Assembly (NCBI RefSeq): GCF_964213995.1 | Contig: NC_135830.1 | Span: 1,674,001 to 1,738,000 of the forward strand | DNA length: 64,000 nucleotides | Origin: Mustelus asterias | Taxonomy: Eukaryota | Direction of reading: 5' to 3' | Shown here: piece by piece, positions 9,628 to 23,629 of the stretch | Numbering within the stretch: the first letter of the stretch is position 1 | Layout of the letters: the number at the start of each line of letters is the position of its first letter | Program-made: the position numbers and the translations under genes | The notes under the pieces: model-generated | Database searches by the model: none | Told to the model about the DNA's origin: nothing | What the model saw: the letters and a program-made list of their open reading frames with translations, nothing else

Positions 9628-12039
9628 ACTTAACTGGGCTCTTTCCTTTCCCCAACAGCACACGATTTACTTAAATCATTCTATTTTACAATAATTACAC
9701 ATGTGAGTTTTGATGTCGTTAATATTCTCTTAGTTTTCTCAGTGCTAACTCACATGCAACCTCCACCTTTACAGAATGTGTGAGAAGCAGACAACGTTCA
9801 TGTTTTACCATTCCAGGTGAGAATTGAGGGGATTGTAATGCTTAAACTAAACATAATCTATGGTTTGCTCCTTGATGTTCCGGAGTGAACTTACCCTCTC
9901 AGGCACGAAGACTGTTCACGGCGACAATATACAACGAACACCTACTGTTACATTCTCGAGTAACACAACTTCCTGTTTCTCTGCAACTGCCTCAAAACCG
10001 CATGTCTCACTTTAGAATAGAAAATAAATCCAGAGGCCACAATCCGATGGAAACATCTGTCTAGGCGGTATATATCTGGCCGCAGAGTCAGTGCAGTGTC
10101 ATACAGATCACATTTCGGTGACGGTAACAAATGAGCCAAGTGTGATCTGCTGAGATACTAAATATAAACTGACTGAAGTCTCAGCAGGTGAGAAGAACAA
10201 GTGTTTGTTGTGCCCCCAAGATCGCATCTTTATGAGAAGAATGAACAAGCCGTTTTGGTGATGAATTTCGATCTTTGACCAGTCTTTAGTTGATGAACTT
10301 AGCATACAGCAGATGCAGATTATCCTAAATAGAAGTAAAACATGCTGAAAATAGATCTGGCAGTGTTTGTGAAGAGATACATATGGCCTACATTTCAGGC
10401 ATGTGACTTTTCATCAGAACTGCGCTATATCAGTGCACACTTCATCTTAAATCAGTTTCCCAATTCACAAATGCCGCAGATATTCTGTATATTTGAAGCC
10501 TTTCTTTTACCACCCGCGATTTTTTGCTGACTAAATTAGAGGGTGATTTCCATATCTCCACAAGTGGAATCATTGTCCACTTGTCTACCTTGTCAATACC
10601 TTCATTAAGCTCAAAGACCACGATTAGGTTAGCCCTCTCTTTTCCTGAAGGAGAAAAAAACATGTTTTCCCTGTTTAATCTTTTTGTATGGGAATTAACC
10701 TTCCAGTTCTGGCATCCTTCCAGTACATTTTGATGCAGGCACAGCAGATGCAGCATCGGCCTTTTCACCTCCTCCTTTCCCATACTCCAGGATCCAGATA
10801 TGAATCCCGGGTGACACAGTATTCACCAGTAATTTTTACAATTTCCTTAATTCCTCGAATCCCTACATTGCAGAAGGAGTCCAGTCGGCCCATCGAATCT
10901 GCACTGATCACAAATCCACACAAGTCCTATTCCTGTAACCCCATATATTGACCCTACTAATCCCTGACACTAGGGTCAATGTAGCATGGCAAATCAACCT
11001 AACCTGCACACATCTGGATCTTTTACTTTTCTGTTTTTGTGTCTCAAAGTATGATTTCCTCCGCACTGAGGATCACGTGACTCTTTTGAGGATTATCGTT
11101 CAGTTTGGAAACATGATCCTGAACATTCAGTTGTTTTCTACTTTACTTATCTGACTCTGATTCTCAGGCTGACCTCTCTGTCCTTGCCTTCTCAAACTTT
11201 TCCTTTGGAGCTCAGTGGAAGCTCAGGGGTCATAACCTCATCTGTTGATCAGGCAGTTGAAAAATATCGTAGAATCAAAATCCAGGTCAATTCATACCAG
11301 TACTTCTTTTTTTTTGGATATTGGTGCGAGTAATTGTTTTGCGGTTACGATTTACACTTCCTTTAGATCTATCTTTTATTTCCTCCCTGTTCTCCTTGTT
11401 ATTTGCCTCATCAGTAAATTATGTCTTGCACCATCATCCCTTTTATCACGAAATCATTCCAGCTTTCCATCCTCTAACAATGTTCAGCCTGCTCACGTCC
11501 TCTCTTTCCCACAACTCTGCACTTGTAATTAAAGTGTTCTCAATCGATGTTATCATAGATTGAATATAAAAGATCACTGATCTGAAACATTATTTCCGCT
11601 CTTTTTCCCCCCATCTGCTGAGTGGTTCCAACATTTCCTTTAAAATGTGGAATTTGCAGCATCTGCAGTTGATTTATGCATTGTGAATCATTTCTCTCTC
11701 AAATAACGAGACCTAATTCAAGAAATTAAAGGAACTTTTAAAGAATGGGGCAATAGTTGCTGTCACCTAGCACCACAACAAAATAAATAAAATGCCAATT
11801 GCTAATTTTTATAAAATATTTATATTCCTGGGATGTGAATGTCGCTGTCAATTTCAGCATTTATTTTCCAATTATAGTTGTGAATGAACAACCTGACTTG
11901 CGCTGCCATTGTAGAAGTCAGTTTGGAGTCAGCCACAGGACTGTGGGTCTGGAGACACATGGGTAGTAGAAATCCCCAGGACATCTCAAGCAATGTCCGC
12001 ACAAAGAATGAAGAGAGCGACAATCTTATGACATTTATT

Positions 12040-12380
12040 CCATTGGTTAGCACTTCTGCCTCACAGTGCAAAGGACCCAGGTTCCATTCTGGCCTCAGAT
12101 AACTGTATATGTGGAGTTTGCTTGTCTCCTCCGTGTCTGTGTCCGTTTTCTCTTGGAGCCCCGGTTTACACCCACAGTCCAAAGATGTCCAGATCAGGTG
12201 TGTTTGCCATACTATATTGTCCCTTAATGTTACAAGAGACATGGGATTAACATGGGAAATGTGCGAGACTATGGAATAGGGTGAGCAAGAGAGCCTGGGC
12301 AGGATACTCTGCCAGAGAGTCGATGCAGACATGATGGCCAAATGGCCCCTTCTGCACCACAGGCATTCTATAACTCTATT
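12040..12380 (+). mobile_element. Older HE1-type V-SINE
   Basis: Diverged head, V domain and tail motifs. Confidence 0.75.
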
Positions 12381-12767
12381 CTAAAATCGCCAGGAGTTTG
12401 AATTTCACTTCAAACATCAACAGTCCCTGGGGGGTCATAACGATATCAACAACATAAACAATACTTTTCATTGTATACTAATACATGTGACAATAATGAA
12501 TCAAATCAAATCAAACATGAGGAAAGAATTCAGTTCATCAACTCCATTTTGACAGAAAACAGGCAAACCAGTTTAAACGCCATATTCTTGCTCTTGCTCA
12601 GTTTCTCTGTAAGACGCAACATTTAAAATGCTGTATTCTTTTAATTTAATGGGGCTTTTCTGCCAAGATCTCAGGCAGTGAGTTCCAGACACAATCATTC
12701 TCTGAATAAAACAGTTAACTCCAGAACCATCATCGAATGCTTTCATAAATCCCAGGGACATTAACGT

Positions 12768-12840
12768 TTCAGTTGTTAACACTCTCAGCTCTAAGTCAGA
12801 ACAAAGTGAATTTCAGTCCCATTGCTGGACATCGGCACCT
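12768..12840 (+). mobile_element. Ancient DeuSINE/SacSINE1-like tRNA head
   Basis: ACACTCTCAGCTCTAAGTCAGAA...TTTCAGTCCCA, homologous to 35603-35732 (minus). Confidence 0.45.
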
Positions 12841-12859
12841 CAATCGTCAGCAAAGATGC

Positions 12860-13110
12860 TCCTGGCGCAGGCGCAGTAGTGGACTCTGAACTGAATATGC
12901 CGCTCACTTGACCATGGAAAATTGGGAATTGAACATGCACATTGCAGTCTCATGGAGTGCATGCGGAGCACACATCGCACTGCCCCATGCGCAGCGTGGG
13001 TGCTGCTCTTTCTGGGAAGCGGTGAACTGGAGTCCGGATTGGAGAGAAATTGTGCAATTTTGGAGGGAAAAGGAGGTGGCAGACCGGGTGCGGCGGCTTT
13101 ATTGATCATT
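12860..13110 (+). promoter_or_regulatory. Putative CpG-rich promoter of zinc-finger gene A with NRF1-like sites
   Basis: GCGCAGGCGCA at 12865-12875, further GTGCATGCG and CATGCGCA variants, locally raised CpG, upstream of ZNF linker exons. Confidence 0.5.
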
Positions 13111-13305
13111 CAGTAGAGACATAAAACCAAAAATAAGAGCACATAGATCTCAGTATTGCATTAAACCCGGGTAGTAATTGCAGGGCCGCCTTTACGCCCC
13201 CAGACCCCAGTTACCGGCCGCCATCTGCATGGGGAGATAAAGAGCAGGGCGCTCTCATCCTGCTCCAGGCATCAGGAAGAGAGAATGTTGTCAAATTCTA
13301 TCTCG

Positions 13306-13480
13306 GGACCAAATAAATGAGCCCTGGCAGGTGCAAAACGTATCAGTGGGCTCTCATTTTGTACATGGTCACCATAATTCAGTTAGATTTAGGGTAGTTA
13401 TTGGAAAATGAAAAGGGTGAACCAGAATATGATTTCTTCAATGGGGAAAAGCGAATTTTACCACAAGGGTCACTTAACTC
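13306..13480 (+). repeat. Recent copy of 9453-9627 inserted in the ZNF 5' module
   Basis: 171/175 identity; flanks match the uninterrupted module at 14930-15010. Confidence 0.88.
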
Positions 13481-13639
13481 CTTTTCTCGGGGATTAGAAG
13501 GGGACATATACAAAACTGAAACTAAAAGACATGTTTGTCTCTGAATTTCTATTTTGGACTTATAACAGACTAATTAAACTAATTTAATTAATTCTGTTAG
13601 TTAATTTCTTTAATTAACAGAACAGAATTAACGAATTAA

Positions 13640-14705
13640 CTAAGAGAAAGCAAAGACTGGGGGTAAATGGTTGTTTTTTCTAGTTGCCGATCGGTGACTA
13701 GTGGTGTGCCTCATGGATCAGTGTTGGGACCACAATTGTTTACAATTTACATAGAAGATTTGGAGTTGGGGACCAAGTGCAGTGTATCAAAATTCGCAGA
13801 AAATACAAAGATAAGTGCAGAGCAAAGTGTGCAAAGGGAGCTGAAATTCTGCAAAGGAATATAGTTAGTGTAAGTGAGTGGGGAAGGGTCTGGCAGATGG
13901 AGTATAATGTTGGCAAATGTGGGGTCATTCATTTCAGTAAAAATAACGTCAAAATGGACTATTATTTAAATGGTAAAAAATTGCAGCATGCTGTTGTGCA
14001 GAGGGACCTGGGTGTCCTTGTGCAGGAATCTCAAGGAGTTGGTTTGCAGGTGTAGCAGGTAATTAAGAAGGCAAATGGAGTTTTGTCCTTCATTGCTGGA
14101 GTTGTGGAGTTTAAAATAATGAGATTATGTTGTGAGGCCACACCTGGAGTACTGTGTACAGTTTTGGTCTGCTTACTTGAGAAGCGATATACTGGCACTG
14201 GAATGGGTACAGAGGACATTCACTAGGTTGATTCCGGAGTTGAGAGGATTGGCTTATGAGGAGAGACTGTGTTGACTGGGGCTGCAATTATTGGAATTCA
14301 GAAGAATGAGGTGAGATCTTACAGAAACAAATAAATTATGATGGGAATAGATAAGATACAAGCAGATAAGTTGTTTCCACTGGAAAGTAAAACTAGAACT
14401 AGGCGGCATGGCCTCAAAATAAAGGGGAACAGATTTCGAACTGAGCTGAGGAGGAACATCTTCTCACAAAGGGTTGTGAATCTGGGGAATTCCCTGCCCA
14501 GTGAAGCAGTTGAGGCTACCTCATTGAATGTTTTTTAAGGCAAGGATAGATAAACTTGCGAACATTAAAGGAATTAGGGGTTGTGGCGAGCAGACGGGTA
14601 AGTAGAGCTGAGTCCATGAAAAGATCAGCTACGATCTTGTTGAATGCCGGAGCAAATTCGAGGGGCCAAATGGCCTGCTGTTGCTCCTAGTTCTTGTGTT
14701 CTTAT
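13640..14705 (+). mobile_element. 5'-truncated CR1 LINE (RT C-terminal half plus 3' UTR), disrupted
   Basis: VTSGVPHGSVLGP, KFAE(D), RPHLEYC, RRNIFSQRVVNL motifs across frameshifts; CR1 tail. Confidence 0.9.
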
Positions 14706-15239
14706 TATCTCACAGAATATTTGAAGAATAGGATTTAAAGGTGGAAATCTCAGACCAAACACGAGGTCAAAACCTGAGCAGAGTCACTCGATTCATGAGA
14801 ACCTGAATGTAAATGTGTCTGGAAGATGATTCAAACATCTGTGAGACTGGAAATAGGGTGGGGAAGCCATTGGGTAACGACCGTCACCTTTATCGGCGCA
14901 ATAGACAGCAGGACGCATGCGGGCTCATTCTGCTCCAGGAATGTTGTGAATTTCTATCCTGGACTCTCACTCATGGCTTTTGAAATCTGCTGTTCCAGGG
15001 GATTAGAAGGGGAGCATTCTTACAAACAAAACTCAAAACAACAGAAATGCATGTCTATTAATTTTTACCCTGGACTGACAGTAATGGTTTTATTGCAGGA
15101 GTTTTGATGATCAGGATTAAAAGATTCTAATCCCAAACCAAACTTCAGATCCAAACCGGACAGAGTCTCACGATTCATCAGATCCCGAATGTCAGTGCGT
15201 CTGTGGAAAAAAGATTCAAACATCTGTGTGTGACTGGAA

Positions 15240-15700
15240 TTAGAGAAGAGCAATGTCATGGAGGGATTTAAATAGAAGGATAAGATTGATATATTGAGAT
15301 GCTGTTTAATGGGGAGCCTGTGTAGGTCAATGACAGGGTGATAGGTGAGTGAAAGGGATTCAGTGAAGAGAACAGGGGTTTGGACAAACCCGGTGCGGAT
15401 AAGTGAGGACAGAGTGATGGGTGAATGAATAGATAATGACTGGAGAAGTTCAGAAGCACAAGGCAGGGCCATGTCGATTTGTGCAACTGTGATGGAAACC
15501 CGTTCTTGGAGATGACACAGAAAAGTCGCCAGAAGGTGAGGTAGTGATGAAATATTTCATTGTAGTTGTGAACAGTTTGGTTCAACCTCAGACTGTTGTG
15601 AGGTAGAGTGATGGATTTGGTCTCTATGGGGTGGAGTTTGTAGCAGGGTTTGAAGACAATGACTTCAGTCTTCACAATTTTTAAATGGAGGAAATCTCCA
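15240..15700 (-). mobile_element. Old L2-type LINE fragment
   Basis: Minus ORFs with KTEVIVF..., LRLNQTVHN and HPVIDLHRLPIKQ, resembling the L2 RT C-terminus. Confidence 0.6.
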
Positions 15701-15704
15701 TTAA

Positions 15705-16016
15705 AGTAGAATAAAGTTTATTGATTTATTAGTCACAAGTAGGCTTACATTCACACTGCAATTAAGTTACTGTGAAAATCCCGAGTCGCACACACAGGCA
15801 CCTGTTCGGGCACACTGCGGGGAAGTTTAGCATGGCCAATTCATCTAATTTGCATATCTTTGGACAGTGGGAAGAAACCTGACCACCCGGAGAAAACCCA
15901 TTCAGAAACACGAAGTATGTTCAAACTCCACAGACAGTGACCCAAGCCTGGAATCGAACCCAGCTCCCTGGTGCTGTGAGGCAGCAGTGCTAACCACTGT
16001 GCAACCATGCCGCCCG
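15705..16016 (-). mobile_element. V-SINE variant with a non-CR1 tail
   Basis: Same head and V domain as HE1 but a different 3' tail ending ...GTGACTAATAAA...AATAAACTTT. Confidence 0.75.
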
Positions 16017-16194
16017 TTAGCCCAGTGCTGGATGTCAGACAAGTCAAGATGGTGGGTGACTTGGAGGTGGTGGTGTACACATCCACCTGCTACCCCGATC
16101 CTGATGCTGAAGTTTCAGGGTTTGGAAGGTTCTGTCAAATTTCTCATCAGGTTGTGAACCTGATATTAATCCATCACTTTCACCCCCTCACTTT

Positions 16195-17240
16195 CAGAGA
16201 GTGGGTATAGATGGGTCTTTTTCTAAATGGAGGTCGGTCACCAGTGGTGTGCCCCAGGGATCTGTTCTGGGACCCTTGCTGTTTGTCATTTTCATAAATG
16301 ACCTGGATGAGGAAGTGGAGGGATGGGTTCGTAAGTTTGCCGACGACACGAATGTTGGTGGGGTTGTGGATAGTCTGGAGGGATGTCAGAAGTTACAGAG
16401 GGACATAGATAGGATGCAAGACTGGGCAGACAAGTGGCAGATGGACTTCAACCCAGATAAATGCGTCGTGGCCCACTTTGGTAGGACAAATGGGATGAAG
16501 GAGTACAATATAAGGGGAAAGACTCTTGGTACGGTAGAGGATCAGAAGGACCTTGGCGTCCGGGTCCATAGGACTCTGAAATCGGCCCTGCAGGTGGAGG
16601 AGGTGGTTAAGAAGGCGTATGGTATGCTGGCCTTTATCAATAGAGGGATTGAGTTTCGCAGTCTGGGGATAATGATGCAGCTATATAAGACCCTCGTCAG
16701 ACCCCACTTGGAGTACTGTGCTCAGTTCTGGTCGCCTCACTATAGGAAGGATGTGGAAAAGATTGAAAGGGTGCAGAGGAGATTTACAAGGATCTTGCCT
16801 GTATTGAGTGGCATGCCTTATGAGGATAGGCTGAGGGAGCTCGGTCTTTTCTCCTTGGAGAGACGAAGGATGAGAGGAGACCTAATAGAGGTGTATAAGA
16901 TGTTGAGAGGCATAGATCGGGTGGACTCTCAGAGGCTTTTTCCCAGGGTGGAAATGTCTGCTACGAGAGGACACAGTTCTAAGGTACTGGGGGGTAGGGA
17001 CAGGGGAGATGTTAGGGGTAAGTTTTTCACACAGAGGATGGTGGGCGAGTGGAATCGGCTGCCGTCAGGGGTGGTGGAGGCGAACTGAATAGGGTCTTGT
17101 AAGAGACTCCTGGATGAGTACATGGAGCTTAATAGGATGGAGTGTTATAGGTAGGCCTAGAAGGTAGGGATGTGTTCGGCACAACTTGTGGGCCGAAGGG
17201 CCTGTTTGTGCTGTAGTTTTTCTATGTTTCTATGTTTCTA
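16195..17240 (+). mobile_element. 5'-truncated, relatively young CR1 LINE (295-aa open RT fragment)
   Basis: ORF 16201-17088 with SGVPQGSVLGP, KFADD, RPHLEYC; tail (TTTCTATG)n shared with the HE1 SINE tail. Confidence 0.93.
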
Positions 17241-17513
17241 CTACACTCGTATTGCTGTTTCTCTTTCTGTCGTTGTCACACTTTCTTGATATCTGCTCTG
17301 ATCGAGGACAGATCGGGTGAGAAATTGCCTTCCCTGAAGGACATTAGTGAACCAGTTGTGTTTTACAACAATCGAGAAGCTTTCATGGTCACTTTTTTTC
17401 TTGTGTCGGTCACAGAGATTTCCAGATGAATTCAGCTCAATTTCACAACCTGCCTTTGTGTTTCTATGGGTTTTCCCTCACTCCTTTTTTTCTGTTTTAA
17501 ATCACTTTCACAG

Positions 17514-18828
<1,315 letters not shown>

Positions 18829-21800
18829 CTGTCATGCTTGGATTTTGTTGTCAATCAAATCCAGGACTGAACCATGTTCAAAGGAGGCTTTTTCTGCTGA
18901 GGTGAATAAAATCCAATTTAGTTATGTATGTTAATGTTCAACTTTGTGTTACATAGACACAGTGTTGTGTCTTTTTAAGCTCACAAGAAAATGCAACAAT
19001 GGGGAATTATGTCCAGGGCTGAATAATTTTCATTGGGGGCACATTCTGCTGATGTTACTAAACTCATGCCCGTAATAGGTGTTAATATTCTGGATAACAA
19101 TCAAGCAAGTCACCTTTGTGTGAAACACACTGTGCTGGCTCTTTTTAATATTTCTAAGACAAGTTAGCTCCTTTTGACGGGCTCTCCCTCTCCCCTGTCT
19201 CCTCCATCAACCAGTGTAAGGAGTTCATGGAGCTTCTTTGTCACTAAGGTTTGGATAATCCCATCAGCTGTCTGGGCTGCTTAAAACCCTTCCACGAGAC
19301 CACCAGGATAAATTGTCTGTAATGTTCTCCTGCCTTCAGTCTGAACTCGGGTTTTGCTGCAGCCTCCCTCTCATATCCTGTCATGCTCTCTCCGTGCTCA
19401 TCTTGTCAAAGATAGCACCAGACTGATTGGGAATGTAAATTGTGAGGAGAATGCAAGGATGATTCAAGAGGCCATAGACAGTCTGAATGAATGTGGAGAG
19501 TCTGTGAGAAAGTGCAAACGTCGTAATTAGTAGAGATCGTTAATAGTGATGAACATAAATGGATTGTTTGGATCAGGCTTTTGTTACAAAATGTAATCTT
19601 GATAGAATTGACAATGAAAAGGTAAATGGAAAGAATTATTCCTGCATATTTGAAGTGATGATTAATCACTTGTTTATGTTCAGCTGAGTGAACTTACCCC
19701 TCCGCCTCTCTGAAATGAGCAGAGAACTAATCCATCCTTTCCGCGACAGGAAATTTGTGTTATAAGACTTGCAGTAATCTTAAGATATAGAGTCAAAACT
19801 TAACAGAGAAGGGAGTTACATAAGGTAGGATGAGAGTGTGTGTATAATGCTGGGAATCATTATACGGCCATAATGCATTCTAATTAAAATGTGCTACATG
19901 GACCAACCATGAAACTGTATTAAATGCCAGACACGCTAAAAGGGAGTGCCCGCCTATAATACCAAATTGACAAATCCATATAATTGAGATAAGAAAATGC
20001 TCGGGAAAGTGTTTGTTACAAACTGTTCAAAATTAAAGTGATAAGATTTATTGAATTTACTTCTGTTTTGAATTGAATTACAGTTTGGAAAACAGCAGAA
20101 TAAAAGCGAATGTTAATCAACGTTCAGTATTTTTACATGTTTTATTTTCATCCCAGTTTAAGATTTTAAGTCTGAATCAATGTTGGAAGCTTCCATGTGT
20201 ATCTGTGTGTTTAACAACGTGATTGCGTGAATGTTTTGTTGGTGTTCGCTTTAATGTTTTAATGTTGAGGAAGAAGTGAAACCTTGGGCGGACTATGTGC
20301 TTTTTTCCTTGTCTTGAAGTTAAAATAAACATATAGTCGAGAAGTTAAAAAATACTATGTAATTTTGTGAAAATTGGAGTTCTCTTAGTTCACCAGTTGG
20401 CCACTAGTTCAGAAGGTACCTGTTACAATTGCGAGACACCAGGCCACTTCGCCCGAGATTGTAGGGCTCCGAAGGGTGGTAGTGAAGTCTGCGAAACGGC
20501 AGATAATGAAGTAATAGGGGAAGCTGCAGGTTCTCTCATTAAAGTGTACATGTCAAAGAAAAAAACATCAATAGAGAGGATGCAAAAGGATGGCTGGGAT
20601 ACGTCCCAGACCATACAGCAGCAGAAAACGTGGATAGATAAAGAAAAGAGAAACAAGACAAAGAAGATAGGAATAGTATTAATACATCAGCTTCGTGCAC
20701 TAATTGAGCAAGGTCAAGAAAAAATTAGAGAGTTAGAATCCAGAATAAGAGAATTGGAGAAACGAAACCAAGTCTTAGAAGTAAAACAATGAAGAGGGGA
20801 AACTGCTCCTCTACCTCCTAATGAGTCCACGCAAGGACCAACCGCTCCTCCAAAGGAGTGGGAAGCGCTGGAATACAACTTAGCGCCAGTAACCCGGAGG
20901 GGAACTGGTGCGCGGCCAAAAGCTAATTATAAACCCTTCACCCAGTGTAAAACAGAGATTCAGAGGGGAGATTCAGAGAGTAGAAGGGAATGCCCCACTT
21001 ATTGGAGTAGAAATTCCACAACAAAACAATTAAGAGGGGGAAGAAGGATCAGTGTATGTGAGAATCAAAGGAAAGATAAAGAGGTATCTGGCTTGCCAAT
21101 GTTGTTCCAAAATCCCAATACGGGTGAACAGGAAGAGGAGTGGTGGCCTCGACCTAGTGTAGATAATCACCAGAAATCTAAGGTAGCTGACATTGCCCTG
21201 TTAAATATGACAGACACCAGCTCCGGTGCCACTGCAAAGACAGAAGGAACTCAAATCAGGCTCACTTGGTTAATTTGGAGCGTGATAGTAAAGGGTTAAA
21301 CACAGACAGGCTGTAAGTTTCTGTCTCTCTCTCTCGACAAGGGAAAGAGAGAGAGAGAGGAGTGAAAGTGTGCGATCCGGAGCCACCTGTGGTGGAATAG
21401 GGTGTAGCAGATCAAAGTTTAATAAACTATTCTCCCCAGTTGATACTGTACAATTGGGCATTACATTACAGCGGAAGAGTTGTGAGGAGAGTTAACCATT
21501 TAAGAGAAATAATTAATGATGCGTGCATCTTGAGCTTAAGTTCAAGAAAAGAGAAACCAGACAAAGAAGATAGGAAGAGTACTAATACATCAGTTAACTG
21601 GACTAATTGAGTAAGGTCGAGAAAAAAATAGAGAGTTAGAATCCAAATAAGAGAATTGGAGAAACGAAACCAAGTCTTAGAAGAAAATCAATGGAGAAAG
21701 CATCATAACAGGTGGGACCGATGTAGGTCCACTAAAATATAAAATCAGGAGATATGTTTTGGAACTAAGCACCCAACTGAAAGGGATGCGGAAATTGGTA

Positions 21801-22155
21801 AAAGACAATTTGTAGATAAGTGACGCAGAGAGAGAGAGCTTGAAATGCTCCCTGACATCCTTTCGAAAACACTGCCTGACAAATCAGGGATTGTACTAAA
21901 ATGGGATGGGCCGTATGAAGTTATAATTAGTAAGATACCTTTGCCTGTATAGACATAAGGGGGAAATGTCATTAAACTCAGTTGAAAGAATATGTTGAAA
22001 CTAATTGGGAAATGATGCGATATACTCCCATTGCAGGAATGTACAGACAACGACTGACCTCCAAGCAAGCTGGACAGGTGCCCGGTGTTGCGCGTGGGCG
22101 GTATAGCCTTTGGACCATTGTATAACGGTGGCGCAGGTTATTAGTAAGTGCTAAG

Positions 22156-23576
22156 ATGCTTTTCATGCTACTTCTCACGACCCTGGCCCTGTTAGCTATA
22201 GTGGGCAAATATCGATGGAATTATCAGAATTTAGGGATGGGACACAGTGAACATCTCTGTAATGATGACTCTGTCTATTGTATGAACACCTTTGTGTCTA
22301 TGTCTTAACTGTATGCATCACAATCGAATCTGAGCAAGTGCTGGGTCTGTTCACACATTCCCATGCACGGAGGAAAGGGAGGGATTCCTTTATTCCCTAT
22401 CCCTTTGTCAGCTCCTGAAGTAATTTAAATCAGAATGGAACCCAGAAAGGGTCAAGGCAACTGACATTCAAAACCCCATTGGGTACCACCATGCAGGGTA
22501 CGTTTAATATTAGTAACAATGATATTATGTTAAAGTTAGGGGGCGGAGGGTGCATTTTATCGTCCTTTAAGATGCATTCGCAACCCAGGTACGACAGATC
22601 AGATTCCCCACCCTACTTCTTTGTGAAAAATAAACAGAGGGGATCCATCTGCCTGATAAGAAATGGAACCATAACTGTTGGCCGTAGCTACTGTATAGAG
22701 CAGATTGATATCACGAATGATGCTTGGGCCATGATACAGGTCACAGTCCAGTGCCCCAAAGCCACCGTCCCGGTTAGCCTCTCCTCCGCTTATGTAAGCG
22801 AGATGACTGCATATAATGGTACCTATTTTGTCTGTGGAAGCAATGCCTATCCGTGGCTTCCCTGTAATTGGACAGGATCTTGTTATTTGGCATATGTGGT
22901 GCCCTATATTCACCATTACACTGATTTACGGGACCACCCCGAGATACACCTGCTTAGCGCTAAGCGAGCCATTAGAGAGACAGATAGGTTCTTCATGATA
23001 GTCTACCCATTTTATGGGACAGCAAAGGCAGCACAAGAACTTATACGGATGGCCTCGAACCTAGAGATAATTGCGAACGAGACTAAGGATGGGTTCGAGG
23101 AGGTGAGCACGGCCATCTCTGAAATATCAGCAGAGGTCGTAGCTATTCGGACTGTGGCCTTACAGAACCGATTGGCACTCGATTATGTGCTAGCCTCCCA
23201 AGATGGAACATGTGCCATTGTTGGCTCGGAATGCTGTACGTATATTCCCGATGCTTCGGAGAATATAACTCGCTTAGCAGATCATATTAAACACGTGGCG
23301 AAAACAACACAGGATGAAGGGAACCAATATCACAATTATAACCTTCCGGGATGGCTGGGGCAATGATTCGGGTCGTGGGGTGCGTACCTGGTGCATGGAT
23401 TGATTGTATTAATTGTAATTGTAATTACTTGCTGTGTTTGTATGGCATTATTGAACGCCCGTTGCAAAACAGTGACAGCGCGGATTATGCCGAGTGCAAG
23501 TGTACAGGCAGAGGGGGCAGGCCTCCCGACAAAGGAGCTAGAGCTAGGCCCATTCGCCGATAACATGTGGTTCTGA
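22156..23576 (+). pseudogene. env: Gamma-type retroviral envelope gene, disrupted
   Basis: Signal peptide MLFMLLLTTLALLAIVG, CWVC at 22339, basic cleavage site ..SAKR, fusion peptide, ISD LQNRLALDYVL, CX6CC (CAIVGSECC), TM helix; stops at 22306, 22426 and 23364, frameshift near 22430-22480. Confidence 0.9.
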
Positions 23577-23629
23577 ATTGGTCATGGGGCCATGTATGTA
23601 CCACCTGGCACCCGACCATCAGGGGGGAG

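Noticed and set aside
16201-17088. 295-aa ORF as a host or domesticated gene
   Set aside because: It is the 3' part of CR1 ORF2 in a 5'-truncated copy with a LINE tail; openness is explained by young age.
19640-20300. 5' LTR and PBS for ERV1
   Set aside because: No sequence matching the 23630-24302 LTR and no TGG-initiated PBS found; the boundary is left approximate.
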